Both the position numbers and the translations under genes were made by a program. DNA of 36,439 nt. Source: an uncultured Candidatus Saccharibacteria bacterium. Lineage in GTDB: Bacteria; Patescibacteriota; Minisyncoccia; Phycocordibacterales; GWA1-40-21. This document shows positions 9,001-17,138 of the stretch, in pieces (within the stretch, counting starts at the first letter, position 1; each line of letters starts with the position of its first letter). The notes beneath the pieces are model-generated. The model saw only the letters and a list, made by a program, of their open reading frames with translations, did no database searches and was not told where the DNA came from. The stretch covers positions 1 through 36,439 of the forward strand of contig CAYVWL010000002.1 of NCBI GenBank assembly GCA_964455475.1, in the 5' to 3' direction.

Positions 9001-11585
9001 ATTCACTGGCTGGAAATATCTCTGTTGCCACCACCACTATTACTTCTGGTATTTTATATTTGGCAGGATACAATCTCTCATCCACTGTCATTTCTAACAG
9101 CGGAACATTGCGATTAAAAGGTTCTGAAACTATCGCCTCTACTAATTATGGTGCCAATATTGGAGTAGTAGAATATATCGGTGATGGAGATGGCGCCTCG
9201 GATATTTATGGTATTAGCAATTTACCTTATCTTACTCTAAATCTAAACTCCACCGACAGTGCTGATATTTACAGTGATGCTGTTCCTCTGTCTATAACAA
9301 AATATAACAATGCTATTCCAAATACTTCGGACGGAGCCTCTACAGCAGGTAGGATACCGATTGGTACTTCAGGCAAGGGTGATGACGTGCAGATATATGG
9401 CTCGACAATTATTAAGGATGGAAGTATTTATAAGGCCTGGTATTCTGGATATGACGGTGCAACCTATAGAATATATTATGCCACCTCACCAGATGGCTTG
9501 GTTTGGACAAAGTATAATAATACTATACCTGCCAATTCAGACACCACTTCTACCGATGGCCGAATCCCTTTGGGTTCAAATGCCAGGGGAGATGATCTTC
9601 ATGTCTATGGACCAAATGTCATCAAGGATGGATCGACTTACAAAATGTGGTATAGCGGTCATGATGGAGCAAGTGTTAGGATTTTCTATGCTACTTCGCC
9701 AGACGGACTAACCTGGACAAAGTATAACAATGCCACTCCGAATGCCTCTGATACTACTTCAACCGATGGCCGAGTTCCGCTTGGTACTAATACTAAAGGT
9801 GATGATGCGAATACTTATTTCCCGTCAGTTATTTTAGAGGGCGGAACCTATAAGATGTGGTATGCCGGCAACGATGGTACGAATATTCGTATCTACTACG
9901 CCACCTCACCCGATGGCCTGGTCTGGACAAAGTATGATAATACTTCGCCAGCAAATTCCAATACCTCTTCCACAAACGGCCGAGTTCCGCTAGGGACAGA
10001 CACTTATGGTGATGATCTACATACTTATCAGCCGTCAGTCATTAAAGATATAAGTGGTCTGTATTTTATTCTATACACAGGCAATGATGGTACAAATGCG
10101 AGAATTTATTTAGCTTCTTCACCCGATGGTCTGGTGTGGACCAAGTATGGCAACACTACTCCGTCTGATTCTAATACAAATTCAACCGCTGGTCGCATAC
10201 CCATTGGTTCAAACACCAATGGTGACGATGTTGGCACTTATTGCCCCGTAATAATAAAGGATACAGATAATTATAAGATATGGTATTCAGGAAATGATGG
10301 GACAAATCTCTCACTATATTATGCCACTTCTCCATTTGGTCTAAATATTAATAATGATTTAAATGTTTCTGGTGGTGGTAATAGGCCGAGCGGACCAATA
10401 AATCTCGGCGGTAGTCTGGTTCAAACTGGCGGAACACTTTCAATGAATTATGTGGATTTAATTCTAAATGGTAGTAATCAGGCTCTCACTATCCTCGCCA
10501 CCACCACCCTCGCTAGTTTGAATAAATCTGTTATTTCGGCCGATACTTTAACCTTTACCGCTGGCGTGCCACTCGTCGTGACGGGAACCACCACCTTAAA
10601 TGGAATAGCTGATAATATTTTATCTCTCGTCTCATCCAGTCCAGAAACACAATGGCAATTTGATCCACAAGGTGGGAGAGATTTCTCTTACATAGATGTT
10701 ACGGACTCTTGGAATATAAATGCTGTGGAAATAGATTCTAGTGCTATCACTGGTTTTAATGATGGTGGAAATAATACCGGCTGGGGTTCTTCACAAGCTG
10801 TGGTAACTGTCGGTAAATCTGGCACACAAATCGCCACCACCACCATGCCAGTGACAAATCTTGACCTAGGTGGTGCCTTTACCTTAAACGCTACGGATGG
10901 TGATGCGGATATCACCTCCATCAAGATCAAACAAATCGGCTCTCTCGCTACCACCTCCATCACCAATGTGGAATTGTTCTACAAGGAAGAAGTGACATGT
11001 TCCACTAGTAGTTTGCCTGGAGGTGCTGTTTCCTTTGGTGTCGCTGACGCCTTTGATGAAAAGGGTATTGCCACCACTACCGGTAGTCTCACTCTGACGG
11101 ACGGTGTGCAAACCTGCCTTTATATTCAATATGATTTGCCGGACACCTACAGCACCTCCACCCTCGGGCGCAGTATTGATTTTGAAATTACCAATCCAGC
11201 CACCGATCTCACTGTCGATGGGGGAGCGGTCACCACCTCCGCCAAAGTAAATATCTCTGGCCGCACTATTGTCAGTACCACCGATATTACCTCCTTGCTT
11301 TCCTTAAAGTCTGGTGTAAATGCCGAGGATGTCACCGTCTTCTTCCTCCAAAATGATGCCGTCTGGAAAATGGTCAATGGTGGCACACCAATTCGTCTAA
11401 CAAACACTAATCTAAAAGTCCACTCCCTAACCTTCTCAGACTTTACGGCTGGTAGCAGTGGGGGCACAGTGAAAATCACCATGGTTATTTCCAATATTGA
11501 TGCTGGTACAGACCCTAATTTCCTCAGCGTCACCCGCACCTATACTACCACCGCTACGGTCAAGGCGTGGGGAGGGAATGATTAA
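6003..11585 (+). CDS. Giant secreted/surface repeat protein (1860 aa): signal anchor, beta-helix-like repeat modules, five propeller-like Asp-box repeats, C-terminal beta-rich region
   Basis: Uninterrupted 5.6-kb ORF. N-terminal hydrophobic segment LFIFLGIFIFFFFISTTDTFA, followed by RYWVGPNNGDFKTNANWS...GGTGGASYPQSADTAIF, a motif common at the start of large bacterial surface proteins. T/G/S/N-rich composition. Internal tandem repeats are listed separately. Confidence 0.85.
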   Translation: MMKRFRQYKNLFIFLGIFIFFFFISTTDTFAANRYWVGPNNGDFKTNANWSTLSGGTGGASYPQSADTAIFDSGSNNCIIAGTNFTIGVVSITSGYSGTITNNVTTLTVPSFSQAGGTFTNNVNLSLSTTFSLSGGVFNAGPGVNVGVGTWTQSGGTYNHNNGTISFWGANTINVPTSITFYNLNLGAASGITITTTAGDTLIVEGTLTMCTYSVATVFTGGTIEARGNINILANTSGTTAIKVGGGVATTTWTGNTKTVSNSVEIAKTAGTVIDFGSAQAFFGGNFTITSGTVLAPSTRMHFSGAGWTQNGGVFTPNTGGYVSMNGNITLNVPTNITFYNFYYGGSTLNLSGDTVIVTNAFDPAWWGTAGGSTINNGTIEVQGNMVLSGNTTNGATGVFKFTGTADQSISGSFTSYNPVNIAKTGGTLTVTGMAMYNTLTFTSGTTTFSTLTNYSATVFNGGVVSGTFTAYSGNVTYNGGTLTGLSLSLGGSNAYILGTFFTVANLTVSKSNGAFINPANAVYITVTGTTTLSDGVISSDAGTYNGYILAQGNVVIGSGWDAGSCSGSLRFGGTNDQTVSASAGFCSAVYINKTGGTLNVGTWTVSSSPLYFQAGTTTGSLTASANNITYTAGNISGLSLTLSGGTKYIYGSPFTVANLTVSKTSGNAINLANAVTITVTGTTNLSDGVISTDDGTFNGYIIAQGNVTVGANWDAGSCYGSLRFTGSADQTVTSSAVFCSPIYVNKSSGTLNIGNWTSSGAMYFQAGTVTGNITSAGGNTITYNAGDISAVNLTVTGIASVFDVSPNGSATINSLNMNKAGSTGFYIGSSDTLIVTSTTTLTDGYFNSSASYTGILQAQGDVTIASTFDSTTAYGGLRFAGTANQNFSSAISWTGNVSVTKTAGTITNTTNIVLTSSAITVPSGATWDLNGFNFSPSGGYTMASGSTLRLKGSEVTVTSPTLSSGSTVEYYGTAVSQTIKAFNYANSSLIINTGATSVNSLAGNISVATTTITSGILYLAGYNLSSTVISNSGTLRLKGSETIASTNYGANIGVVEYIGDGDGASDIYGISNLPYLTLNLNSTDSADIYSDAVPLSITKYNNAIPNTSDGASTAGRIPIGTSGKGDDVQIYGSTIIKDGSIYKAWYSGYDGATYRIYYATSPDGLVWTKYNNTIPANSDTTSTDGRIPLGSNARGDDLHVYGPNVIKDGSTYKMWYSGHDGASVRIFYATSPDGLTWTKYNNATPNASDTTSTDGRVPLGTNTKGDDANTYFPSVILEGGTYKMWYAGNDGTNIRIYYATSPDGLVWTKYDNTSPANSNTSSTNGRVPLGTDTYGDDLHTYQPSVIKDISGLYFILYTGNDGTNARIYLASSPDGLVWTKYGNTTPSDSNTNSTAGRIPIGSNTNGDDVGTYCPVIIKDTDNYKIWYSGNDGTNLSLYYATSPFGLNINNDLNVSGGGNRPSGPINLGGSLVQTGGTLSMNYVDLILNGSNQALTILATTTLASLNKSVISADTLTFTAGVPLVVTGTTTLNGIADNILSLVSSSPETQWQFDPQGGRDFSYIDVTDSWNINAVEIDSSAITGFNDGGNNTGWGSSQAVVTVGKSGTQIATTTMPVTNLDLGGAFTLNATDGDADITSIKIKQIGSLATTSITNVELFYKEEVTCSTSSLPGGAVSFGVADAFDEKGIATTTGSLTLTDGVQTCLYIQYDLPDTYSTSTLGRSIDFEITNPATDLTVDGGAVTTSAKVNISGRTIVSTTDITSLLSLKSGVNAEDVTVFFLQNDAVWKMVNGGTPIRLTNTNLKVHSLTFSDFTAGSSGGTVKITMVISNIDAGTDPNFLSVTRTYTTTATVKAWGGND
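7434..8810 (+). repeat. Three tandem 459-bp (153-aa) coding repeats inside the giant ORF
   Basis: Units start at 7434, 7893 and 8352, each beginning Y-N/T-G/A-G. Units 1 and 2 are highly similar (FTVANLTVSK..G.AIN.ANAV.ITVTGTT.LSDGVIS.D.GT.NGYI.AQGNV..G..WDAGSC.GSLRF.G..DQTV). Unit 3 has diverged. Earlier modules at similar spacing are marked by NVPT.ITFYN. Confidence 0.85.
9300..10349 (+). repeat. Five tandem 210-bp (70-aa) coding repeats with Asp-box-like SPDGLxWTK motifs (5-bladed beta-propeller candidate)
   Basis: Units start at 9300, 9510, 9720, 9930 and 10140. Consensus KYNN..P..SDT.ST.GR.PLG....GDD...Y.P.VIKDG..YKMWYSG.DG...RIYYATSPDGLVWT. Confidence 0.85.
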
Positions 11586-11607
11586 AATCACAACCGCCCC
11601 GTCCATC

Positions 11608-11629
11608 GGAATGTCCACCCCGCCTTAAC
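11608..11629. terminator. Perfect 9-bp GC-rich hairpin between the convergent giant ORF and rpsA
   Basis: CCCCGCCTT-AACC-AAGGCGGGG. It starts 23 nt after the giant ORF stop. No clean T-run, so terminator function is inferred from position only. Confidence 0.45.
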
Positions 11630-11656
11630 CAAGGCGGGGAAAGGGGACTCTAGTTT

Positions 11657-11718
11657 CGCCACTCCGCTTTCTCCGCCTTTTCTAAGGAGGAGTACCGAGT
11701 CTGCGAGGGGAGGTGGTG
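11657..11718 (-). repeat. Non-coding copy of the element found inside gyrB and the cysteine desulfurase gene, directly abutting the rpsA stop codon
   Basis: The reverse complement reads CACCACCTCCCCTCGCAGACTCGGTACTCCTCCTTAGAAAAGGCGGAGAAAGCGGAGTGGCG. It matches 28800-28846 at 42 of 47 positions without gaps (CCACCTC, TCGCAGACTCG, ACTCCTCCTTAGAAAAGG, GGAGA). Confidence 0.8.
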
Positions 11719-12858
11719 TTATTTCTTCACTGAATCGACAAATGACAACCCCATCTTTTGATTCTTAGCTTCAAAGAGTAAGATTTTGAAAGTATAGTTT
11801 TTGCCCAATTCCAATTTTTCCTTCATTTTTAATTCGGAACCAAATTCGGAAATATGCACCAAGCCAGAAATACCTTCCTCAATTGAGGCCAAGGCACCGT
11901 GCTTGTTAAACTTGATCACCACACCCTGCACCTCATCACCTTTCTTATATTTCTTATCGGCTTCCACCCAAGGATTTTCCTTTAAGGCTTTGATAGAGAG
12001 GGAAATCTTGCCGTCTTTTACTTCTATCACCTTCACCTGCACTTTCTCACCTACTTTATAGAAAGCGCGAGGGTTTTCCACCAGTGTCCAATCAATTTCA
12101 GAAATATGCACCAAGCCTTCCATCCCATCCTCAATCTTTACAAAGATACCAAAGTCTACAATACCGGTGATCTCACCTGCACAGATATCACCCAACTTGT
12201 ATTTCTCCGTCATCTTTTGCTTACCTTTCTTTTCAATATTTTTCTCAGAGAAAATCAGCTTGCCCTCTTTTGGTAGAGCAGTGATGATAGCCACCGATAT
12301 TTTCTGGCCGACTAATTTTTTCAATTCATCCAATATTTTATCCTTATCACCATCGTTGATTCTTGGATAATGCTCGGTCTTGAGCTGGGAGGCGGGGAGA
12401 AAGCCCTTGATTCCTTGCCAATTGATAATCAAACCACCCTTGTTGGCTTCTTCTACTGGTAATTCCAAAACGGTCTTTTCCTTGATGGCCTTCTCGGCTT
12501 CATCCCAGATCAGGGCTTGGCGCGCTTCCTTTAATGACAATTCAATATAACCTTCCTTGTTGCCATTGCCACTGTCCACCACCTTGGCGGCCACTTTGTC
12601 ACCAATATTTATTTTCTTGATAATATCGCGGGCATTGATAAATTCCTTACCAAAAATAATACCTGTCCCATATGGGAAGAGGTTTATATAAACGCAGGAT
12701 TTTTCCACCCCAATCACATCGCCTTCTACCACATCCCCAATAGAGGGTGGGTTAGCGCTCTTGTCCACAATCTTGGTCATCAAACTATCCTTCTTGAGCT
12801 TGATTGCCTTTTCCTCGGCTGTTGACTCATCCACAATTACTTTTGCTTTTTTTGCCAT
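11719..12858 (-). CDS. rpsA: 30S ribosomal protein S1 (four S1 domains, 379 aa)
   Basis: Repeated S1 OB-fold signatures, for example GDVVEGDVIGVEKSCVYINL, GDICAGEITGIVDFGIFVKIEDGMEGLVHISEI, GDEVQGVVIKFNKHGALASIEEGISGLVHISEF. Confidence 0.88.
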   Translation of the reverse strand: MAKKAKVIVDESTAEEKAIKLKKDSLMTKIVDKSANPPSIGDVVEGDVIGVEKSCVYINLFPYGTGIIFGKEFINARDIIKKINIGDKVAAKVVDSGNGNKEGYIELSLKEARQALIWDEAEKAIKEKTVLELPVEEANKGGLIINWQGIKGFLPASQLKTEHYPRINDGDKDKILDELKKLVGQKISVAIITALPKEGKLIFSEKNIEKKGKQKMTEKYKLGDICAGEITGIVDFGIFVKIEDGMEGLVHISEIDWTLVENPRAFYKVGEKVQVKVIEVKDGKISLSIKALKENPWVEADKKYKKGDEVQGVVIKFNKHGALASIEEGISGLVHISEFGSELKMKEKLELGKNYTFKILLFEAKNQKMGLSFVDSVKK

Positions 12859-13030
12859 AATTTTGCTTGTCCCGCTTAGCTATTATATTAGCGTCGTGGG
12901 AAATAAAAATCGCGCACATATTTGGCGCGAACTTCGCCAAAAAGGTCCATCGGCCACAGGCACCAAGGGTGTTACTTCTTGTGATTGTTAATAACCCAGC
13001 TAGTATACATTATATTAGGAAAATTAAAAG

Positions 13031-13059
13031 CTTGACTTTTAGATTCAATTATTTTATTA
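13031..13059 (+). promoter_or_regulatory. Candidate promoter of the 88-aa ORF
   Basis: TTGACT (13031-13036), 17-nt spacer, TATTAT (13054-13059). It is followed by the SD-like GGAAAGGAG 5 nt before ATG 13088. Confidence 0.45.
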
Positions 13060-13087
13060 TTAATGGTAGAAAAGGAAAGGAGTACAT

Positions 13088-13354
13088 ATGAATATCTTTC
13101 GACAGTGGATCAAGCGACGGCGGGCTAAAAGGGAACAGGAATTGGACAGTCTAGACAAAAACATTGACTTGGTGTCCAGGGGGATTGCGTTTTTAACAGA
13201 CTATGTAAGTCCTTTCCATAATTTTTCAGATAATTATGGAAGTGAGTGTAGAGATGATGAGGCTAGGCTTAATAAGCTTCAGCATTATAAATCTCAATTA
13301 CATTCACTCTGTGAAAAACGTGATATGCTTTGTAGGAAGCTTGGTCGTGTATGA
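13088..13354 (+). CDS. Hypothetical small protein (88 aa, basic N-terminus, probably helical)
   Basis: ORF with a strong SD (AAAGGAG) and its own promoter-like signal. No family recognised. Confidence 0.5.
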   Translation: MNIFRQWIKRRRAKREQELDSLDKNIDLVSRGIAFLTDYVSPFHNFSDNYGSECRDDEARLNKLQHYKSQLHSLCEKRDMLCRKLGRV

Positions 13355-13356
13355 TG

Positions 13357-13560
13357 TACAAGGCGGGGGAAGGCAGGACCTCTCCTCGCCTTTTCTCGTG
13401 CCCAAAAAATCAACTGCCCCCAGCCCCTCCTCATTTGAGGAGGGGAGGAGAAACCCCTCCCACCTCCCCTTGTCAGGGGAGGCCGTTCCGAGTTTCCCCC
13501 TGACAAGGGGGTAAGGGGGTTTCTTTCACCTTCCCTTCTTAGTTAAGAAGGGATTGAGGG
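13357..13560. repeat. Cluster of at least four perfect GC-rich pyrimidine-arm/purine-arm mini-hairpins
   Basis: H1 CCCCTCCTCA-TT-TGAGGAGGGG (13424-13445). H2 CCTCCCCT-TGTC-AGGGGAGG (13463-13482). H3 CCCCCT-GACA-AGGGGG (13496-13511). H4 CCCTTCTTA-GT-TAAGAAGGG (13533-13552). The H2 core CCCCTTGTCAGGGG is the exact reverse complement of the H3 core CCCCTGACAAGGGG. The 5' part (AAGGCGGGGGAAGG...CTCCTCGCCTTTTCT) resembles 11620-11685. Confidence 0.85.
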
Positions 13561-13563
13561 AAG

Positions 13564-13592
13564 TTGTATTTGACCTCTGAATTTGATATAAT
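13564..13592 (+). promoter_or_regulatory. Promoter with extended -10 close to the start codon of the MBL-fold gene
   Basis: TTGTAT (13564-13569), 17-nt spacer, TGaTATAAT (13584-13592). ATG at 13602, a 9-nt gap. Confidence 0.5.
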
Positions 13593-13601
13593 AGTAGGGT
13601 C

Positions 13602-14240
13602 ATGATCATCACTTATCAAGGAGTGGAGTTTTTCAAAGTTCAATTTGGGGATACTATCCTCGCTTTCAACCCTATTTCCAAGGAGAGTAAGTTCAAGCCC
13701 ACTCGTTTCTTTGCGGACGTGGCACTCGTTTCTGCCAACCATCCTGATTTTAATGGTGTGGAAAATTTGTCCTATAACGGCAAGGATCCCTTGGTCATTT
13801 CCGGCCCCGGCGAATATGAGACCAAGGGTGTTTTTATTAAAGGTTTCCAGTCCAAGACCTTGTATGATAAAAAAGAGAAAATAAATACGGTCTATACTGT
13901 GGTGCTCGAGGGTATGACCTTGTGTTTTTTGGGTGCGCTGTCTGACGAAAAACTGTCACCGGAATTTATGGAGGCCATAGAGGATATTGATATTTTATTT
14001 TTACCGATTGGGGATGATGGTGTGCTGGATGTGGCCAAGGCCAATAAATTGGCGGTCACCTTGGAGCCGAAAATAATTATTCCAATGCATTATGGCGAGG
14101 TGGGGATGGAGAATGCGTTGAAAAAGTTTTTGAAAGAAGCGGGGGAGGAAGGGGTCAAGCCAGTGGATAAGCTGACCATCAAGAAGAAAGATTTGGAGGG
14201 CAAGGAAGGCGAGGTGGTAGTACTAGAGGCACAAAAATAA
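13602..14240 (+). CDS. MBL-fold (UPF0173/YtkL-like) protein with a degenerate metal-binding motif
   Basis: Overall pattern MIITYQGVEFFKV...FNP, DILFLPIGDDGVLDV and IIIPMHYG resembles UPF0173 metal-dependent hydrolases. The HxHxDH position reads SANHPDF. Confidence 0.6.
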   Translation: MIITYQGVEFFKVQFGDTILAFNPISKESKFKPTRFFADVALVSANHPDFNGVENLSYNGKDPLVISGPGEYETKGVFIKGFQSKTLYDKKEKINTVYTVVLEGMTLCFLGALSDEKLSPEFMEAIEDIDILFLPIGDDGVLDVAKANKLAVTLEPKIIIPMHYGEVGMENALKKFLKEAGEEGVKPVDKLTIKKKDLEGKEGEVVVLEAQK

Positions 14241-14248
14241 ATAATAAA

Positions 14249-14614
14249 ATGGGGATTTTAAATTCAATGCGAGAGAGGCCGGATAATCAGAAGAAGATTT
14301 TTTCGTTAATTACGGCAGTTATTTTGACCCTAATTATTGTGGTGGTGTGGTTTTCTTTTGGTGAAAACAAGGCGGATAATGATTTGGCAGGAGCAGAGCC
14401 GGCCAAACTTTCTTCCCTTAGCCCGATTCAGGTGATAAAAGATGAATTTTCCAAAGCTTTTTCAAATTTTAAAGAAACCATGCCCGACCTTGCCAGTACG
14501 ACCGATATTACAGACAGCACTTCTACCATTCCAGTGCAAACAGAAGAGGCGAGCAGTACCCCCCTTCGCTCAGAAGCTACGGGTGGGCAAGCCGCCAGTA
14601 GTACGGATGAGTAG
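14249..14614 (+). CDS. Hypothetical membrane-anchored protein with an S/T-rich tail
   Basis: ORF with one N-terminal TM (IFSLITAVILTLIIVVVWFSF) and a low-complexity C-terminus. No family recognised. Confidence 0.5.
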   Translation: MGILNSMRERPDNQKKIFSLITAVILTLIIVVVWFSFGENKADNDLAGAEPAKLSSLSPIQVIKDEFSKAFSNFKETMPDLASTTDITDSTSTIPVQTEEASSTPLRSEATGGQAASSTDE

Positions 14615-14653
14615 ATTAGTATAAGTATGGGTATGAGTATAAAATTTAAATAA

Positions 14654-17113
14654 ATGGCAAAAAAAGAAAATGAAATAAAGGAGGTGGTGGCAGAGCGTGG
14701 TATTTCTCAGAGAAATATTACGACCGAGATGAAGGAGTCATTTATTGACTATGCCATGACCGTGATTACAGACCGTGCTTTGCCGGATGTACGTGATGGT
14801 TTAAAGCCGGTACATAGGAGAATTTTGTATGCCATGCATGAGATGGGCCTGACCGCCGGCGCCAAGACCAGAAAGTCCGCCGCTGTCGTGGGAGAGGTGC
14901 TGGGAAATTATCATCCGCACGGTGATGCGTCCGTGTATGAAGCCATGGTGAAAATGGCGCAAGATTTTTCTCACCGCTATCCACTGATTATTGGTCAAGG
15001 AAACTTTGGAAACATTGATGGGGACTCGGCCGCCGCTATGAGGTATACCGAGGCCAAGATGTCCAAGATTTCCGGCGAGCTTTTGAAAGATTTGGAAAAG
15101 GAAACAGTAGAGTGGCGCCCAAACTATGATAATACGCGCAAGGAGCCCGAGGTCTTGCCGGCGGCCCTGCCAAACTTACTATTAAACGGCACCCTGGGTA
15201 TCGCTGTGGGTATGGCCACCAATATTCCACCACACAATTTGAAAGAGGTGGTGGAGGCGACCGTGCATTTGATAGATAATCCAGAGGCGACGACTGAAGA
15301 TTTGCTAGGTTTTATCAAGGGCCCGGATTTTCCCACTGCTGGTGTGGCTTATAATCAGACCGATATAAATCATGCTTATGCCACCGGACGAGGTGGAGTG
15401 GTGGTGCGCGGTGTCGCGGAAATAGTGGAAGACAAGAAGGGTACTTACCAAATAATTATCACTTCTATCCCTTATCGTGTGAACAAAGCCGAGCTGATCA
15501 TGGCGATTGCGGATTTGGTTCGGGAGAAAAAGGTGGAAGGTATAAAAGGCTTGCGGGATGAGAGTGCCAAGGATATTCGTATTGTGATAGACCTAAAATC
15601 CGGCGCCCAGCCACAAAAGGTTCTTAACTTTATTTACAAACATACCCAGCTAGAGGAATCATTTCATTACAACCTGGTGGCGCTCGTGGATGGCGTACCT
15701 CAGACTTTGTCCCTGAAATCATTCCTGGATGAATTTGTAGATCATCGCAAGATTGTGGTGAAGAGACGAACGGAATTTGATTTAAGAAAGGCAGAGGCCC
15801 GAGAGCATATTTTGTTTGGCTTGAAAAAGGCACTGGATCATATTGATGAGATTATAAAACTCATTAAAAAATCCAAGGATATTGAAGATGCCAAGAGGAA
15901 TCTGATGAAGGAATTCAAATTCTCCGAGATCCAGGCCCAAACGATTGTGGATATGAAGATTGGTCGCCTCACTGGCCTGGAAAGGCAAAAGATTGAAGAT
16001 GAATTAAAGGAAGTGCAAGCCTTGATAAAATATTTAAAAGATTTATTGTCTAGTGCCAAGAAGATTTTGGCGGTGGTGAAAAGCGAATTGCAGGAGACCG
16101 CGTTGAAATATGCGGATGATCGGCGCACCCGAATTGTGAAGCAGGGCGTGGGCTCCATGTCTGATGAGGATTTGATTCCGGATGAGGAAAATGTGCTCGT
16201 GCTCACCACTGGTGGTTATGTGAAGAGGACCAGTCCGGATGATTATAAAAAGCAAAAGCGTGGGGGAGTGGGGGTGGTGGATTTGGACACCAAGGACGAA
16301 GACTTTGTCGTGAATTTCCTCATTGCCACGACGCACAATGATATTCTTTTCTTTAGTGATAAAGGTAAGGCTTATCAGATCAAGATGCATGAATTGCCAG
16401 AGGGCAAGCGCGCTACCAAGGGCAAGGCGCTAGTGAACTATCTGTCCATCTCTCCAGAGGAAAAAGTGACCTCGGTTTTGGCGATGCCAAAAGAACTTAA
16501 AAATTCCAAATTAGCGCTCATGATGGTGACCAAGCAAGGCGTGGCCAAAAAGGTGGATGCCTCGGCTTTCCATGATGTACGCCGAAGTGGCCTGATTGCT
16601 ATCAGTCTGCATGATGGGGATGAGCTGACTTCCGTGCAGTTTGTAGCGCCAACAGATGAAGTGATACTGGCAACCGCCAAGGGTCAATCCATTCGCTTTA
16701 AAGAAAGTGATATCAGGGAGATGGGGCGGGGGGCAGCGGGAGTGCGTGCGGTCAAGCTTTCCAAGAATGATGCCGTGGTCAGTACGGATGTGGTGAAGAA
16801 GACTATGGTGAACCCAACTTTCTTTGTGATTAGCTCAAACGGTTATGGCAAGAAAACGGCGCTCAAGGAATATAAAGTGCAAAACCGTGGGGGTTCTGGT
16901 ATTAAAACGATGAAGGTGACGGGGAAGACCGGGGATATCATGTCGGCTCGAGTGATGACGGATGAACAGGATGAAATAGCGGCTATTTCCAAGAAGAGCC
17001 AAGTTATCCGCGTGGAGACCAAAGAAATTCCTACTCTCGGCCGGCAAACCCAAGGGGTGCGCATCATGAAATTACGTGATGGAGATTTCTTGGCGTCGGT
17101 TACTTGTCTATAA
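14654..17113 (+). CDS. gyrA: DNA gyrase subunit A
   Basis: [61 protein letters not shown] and [11 protein letters not shown] (catalytic Tyr context). C-terminal beta-pinwheel repeats include a GyrA-box-like [11 protein letters not shown]. Confidence 0.97.
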   Translation: MAKKENEIKEVVAERGISQRNITTEMKESFIDYAMTVITDRALPDVRDGLKPVHRRILYAMHEMGLTAGAKTRKSAAVVGEVLGNYHPHGDASVYEAMVKMAQDFSHRYPLIIGQGNFGNIDGDSAAAMRYTEAKMSKISGELLKDLEKETVEWRPNYDNTRKEPEVLPAALPNLLLNGTLGIAVGMATNIPPHNLKEVVEATVHLIDNPEATTEDLLGFIKGPDFPTAGVAYNQTDINHAYATGRGGVVVRGVAEIVEDKKGTYQIIITSIPYRVNKAELIMAIADLVREKKVEGIKGLRDESAKDIRIVIDLKSGAQPQKVLNFIYKHTQLEESFHYNLVALVDGVPQTLSLKSFLDEFVDHRKIVVKRRTEFDLRKAEAREHILFGLKKALDHIDEIIKLIKKSKDIEDAKRNLMKEFKFSEIQAQTIVDMKIGRLTGLERQKIEDELKEVQALIKYLKDLLSSAKKILAVVKSELQETALKYADDRRTRIVKQGVGSMSDEDLIPDEENVLVLTTGGYVKRTSPDDYKKQKRGGVGVVDLDTKDEDFVVNFLIATTHNDILFFSDKGKAYQIKMHELPEGKRATKGKALVNYLSISPEEKVTSVLAMPKELKNSKLALMMVTKQGVAKKVDASAFHDVRRSGLIAISLHDGDELTSVQFVAPTDEVILATAKGQSIRFKESDIREMGRGAAGVRAVKLSKNDAVVSTDVVKKTMVNPTFFVISSNGYGKKTALKEYKVQNRGGSGIKTMKVTGKTGDIMSARVMTDEQDEIAAISKKSQVIRVETKEIPTLGRQTQGVRIMKLRDGDFLASVTCL

Positions 17114-17138
17114 AAACTATTCGCGTTATAATATACGC

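Noticed and set aside
12859-13087. ORFs 12761-12991 and 12867-13091 (+), or a small RNA, in the rpsA upstream region
   Set aside because: No conserved protein features and no convincing structure or promoter/terminator pair. The region most likely just holds the divergent promoters of rpsA and the 88-aa ORF.
13236-13514. ORFs 13236-13514 (+) and 13294-13506 (-) spanning the hairpin cluster
   Set aside because: Both are generated by the pyrimidine/purine-arm palindromes, which stay open in several frames. They give P/S/G/E/R-rich nonsense sequence and have no start signals.
13357-13560. CRISPR array
   Set aside because: The repeats are not identical, are not regularly spaced and are only 16-22 nt including loops. 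No spacer-like unique segments and no cas genes are present.
17076-17138. Longer start for the methyltransferase (17076), for pilin paralog 2 (19356) and for the HtrA-like gene (30699)
   Set aside because: The extensions overlap the preceding genes and encode non-homologous residues. Internal ATGs (17139, 19395, 30792) sit right after the upstream stop or promoter and begin the recognisable protein.
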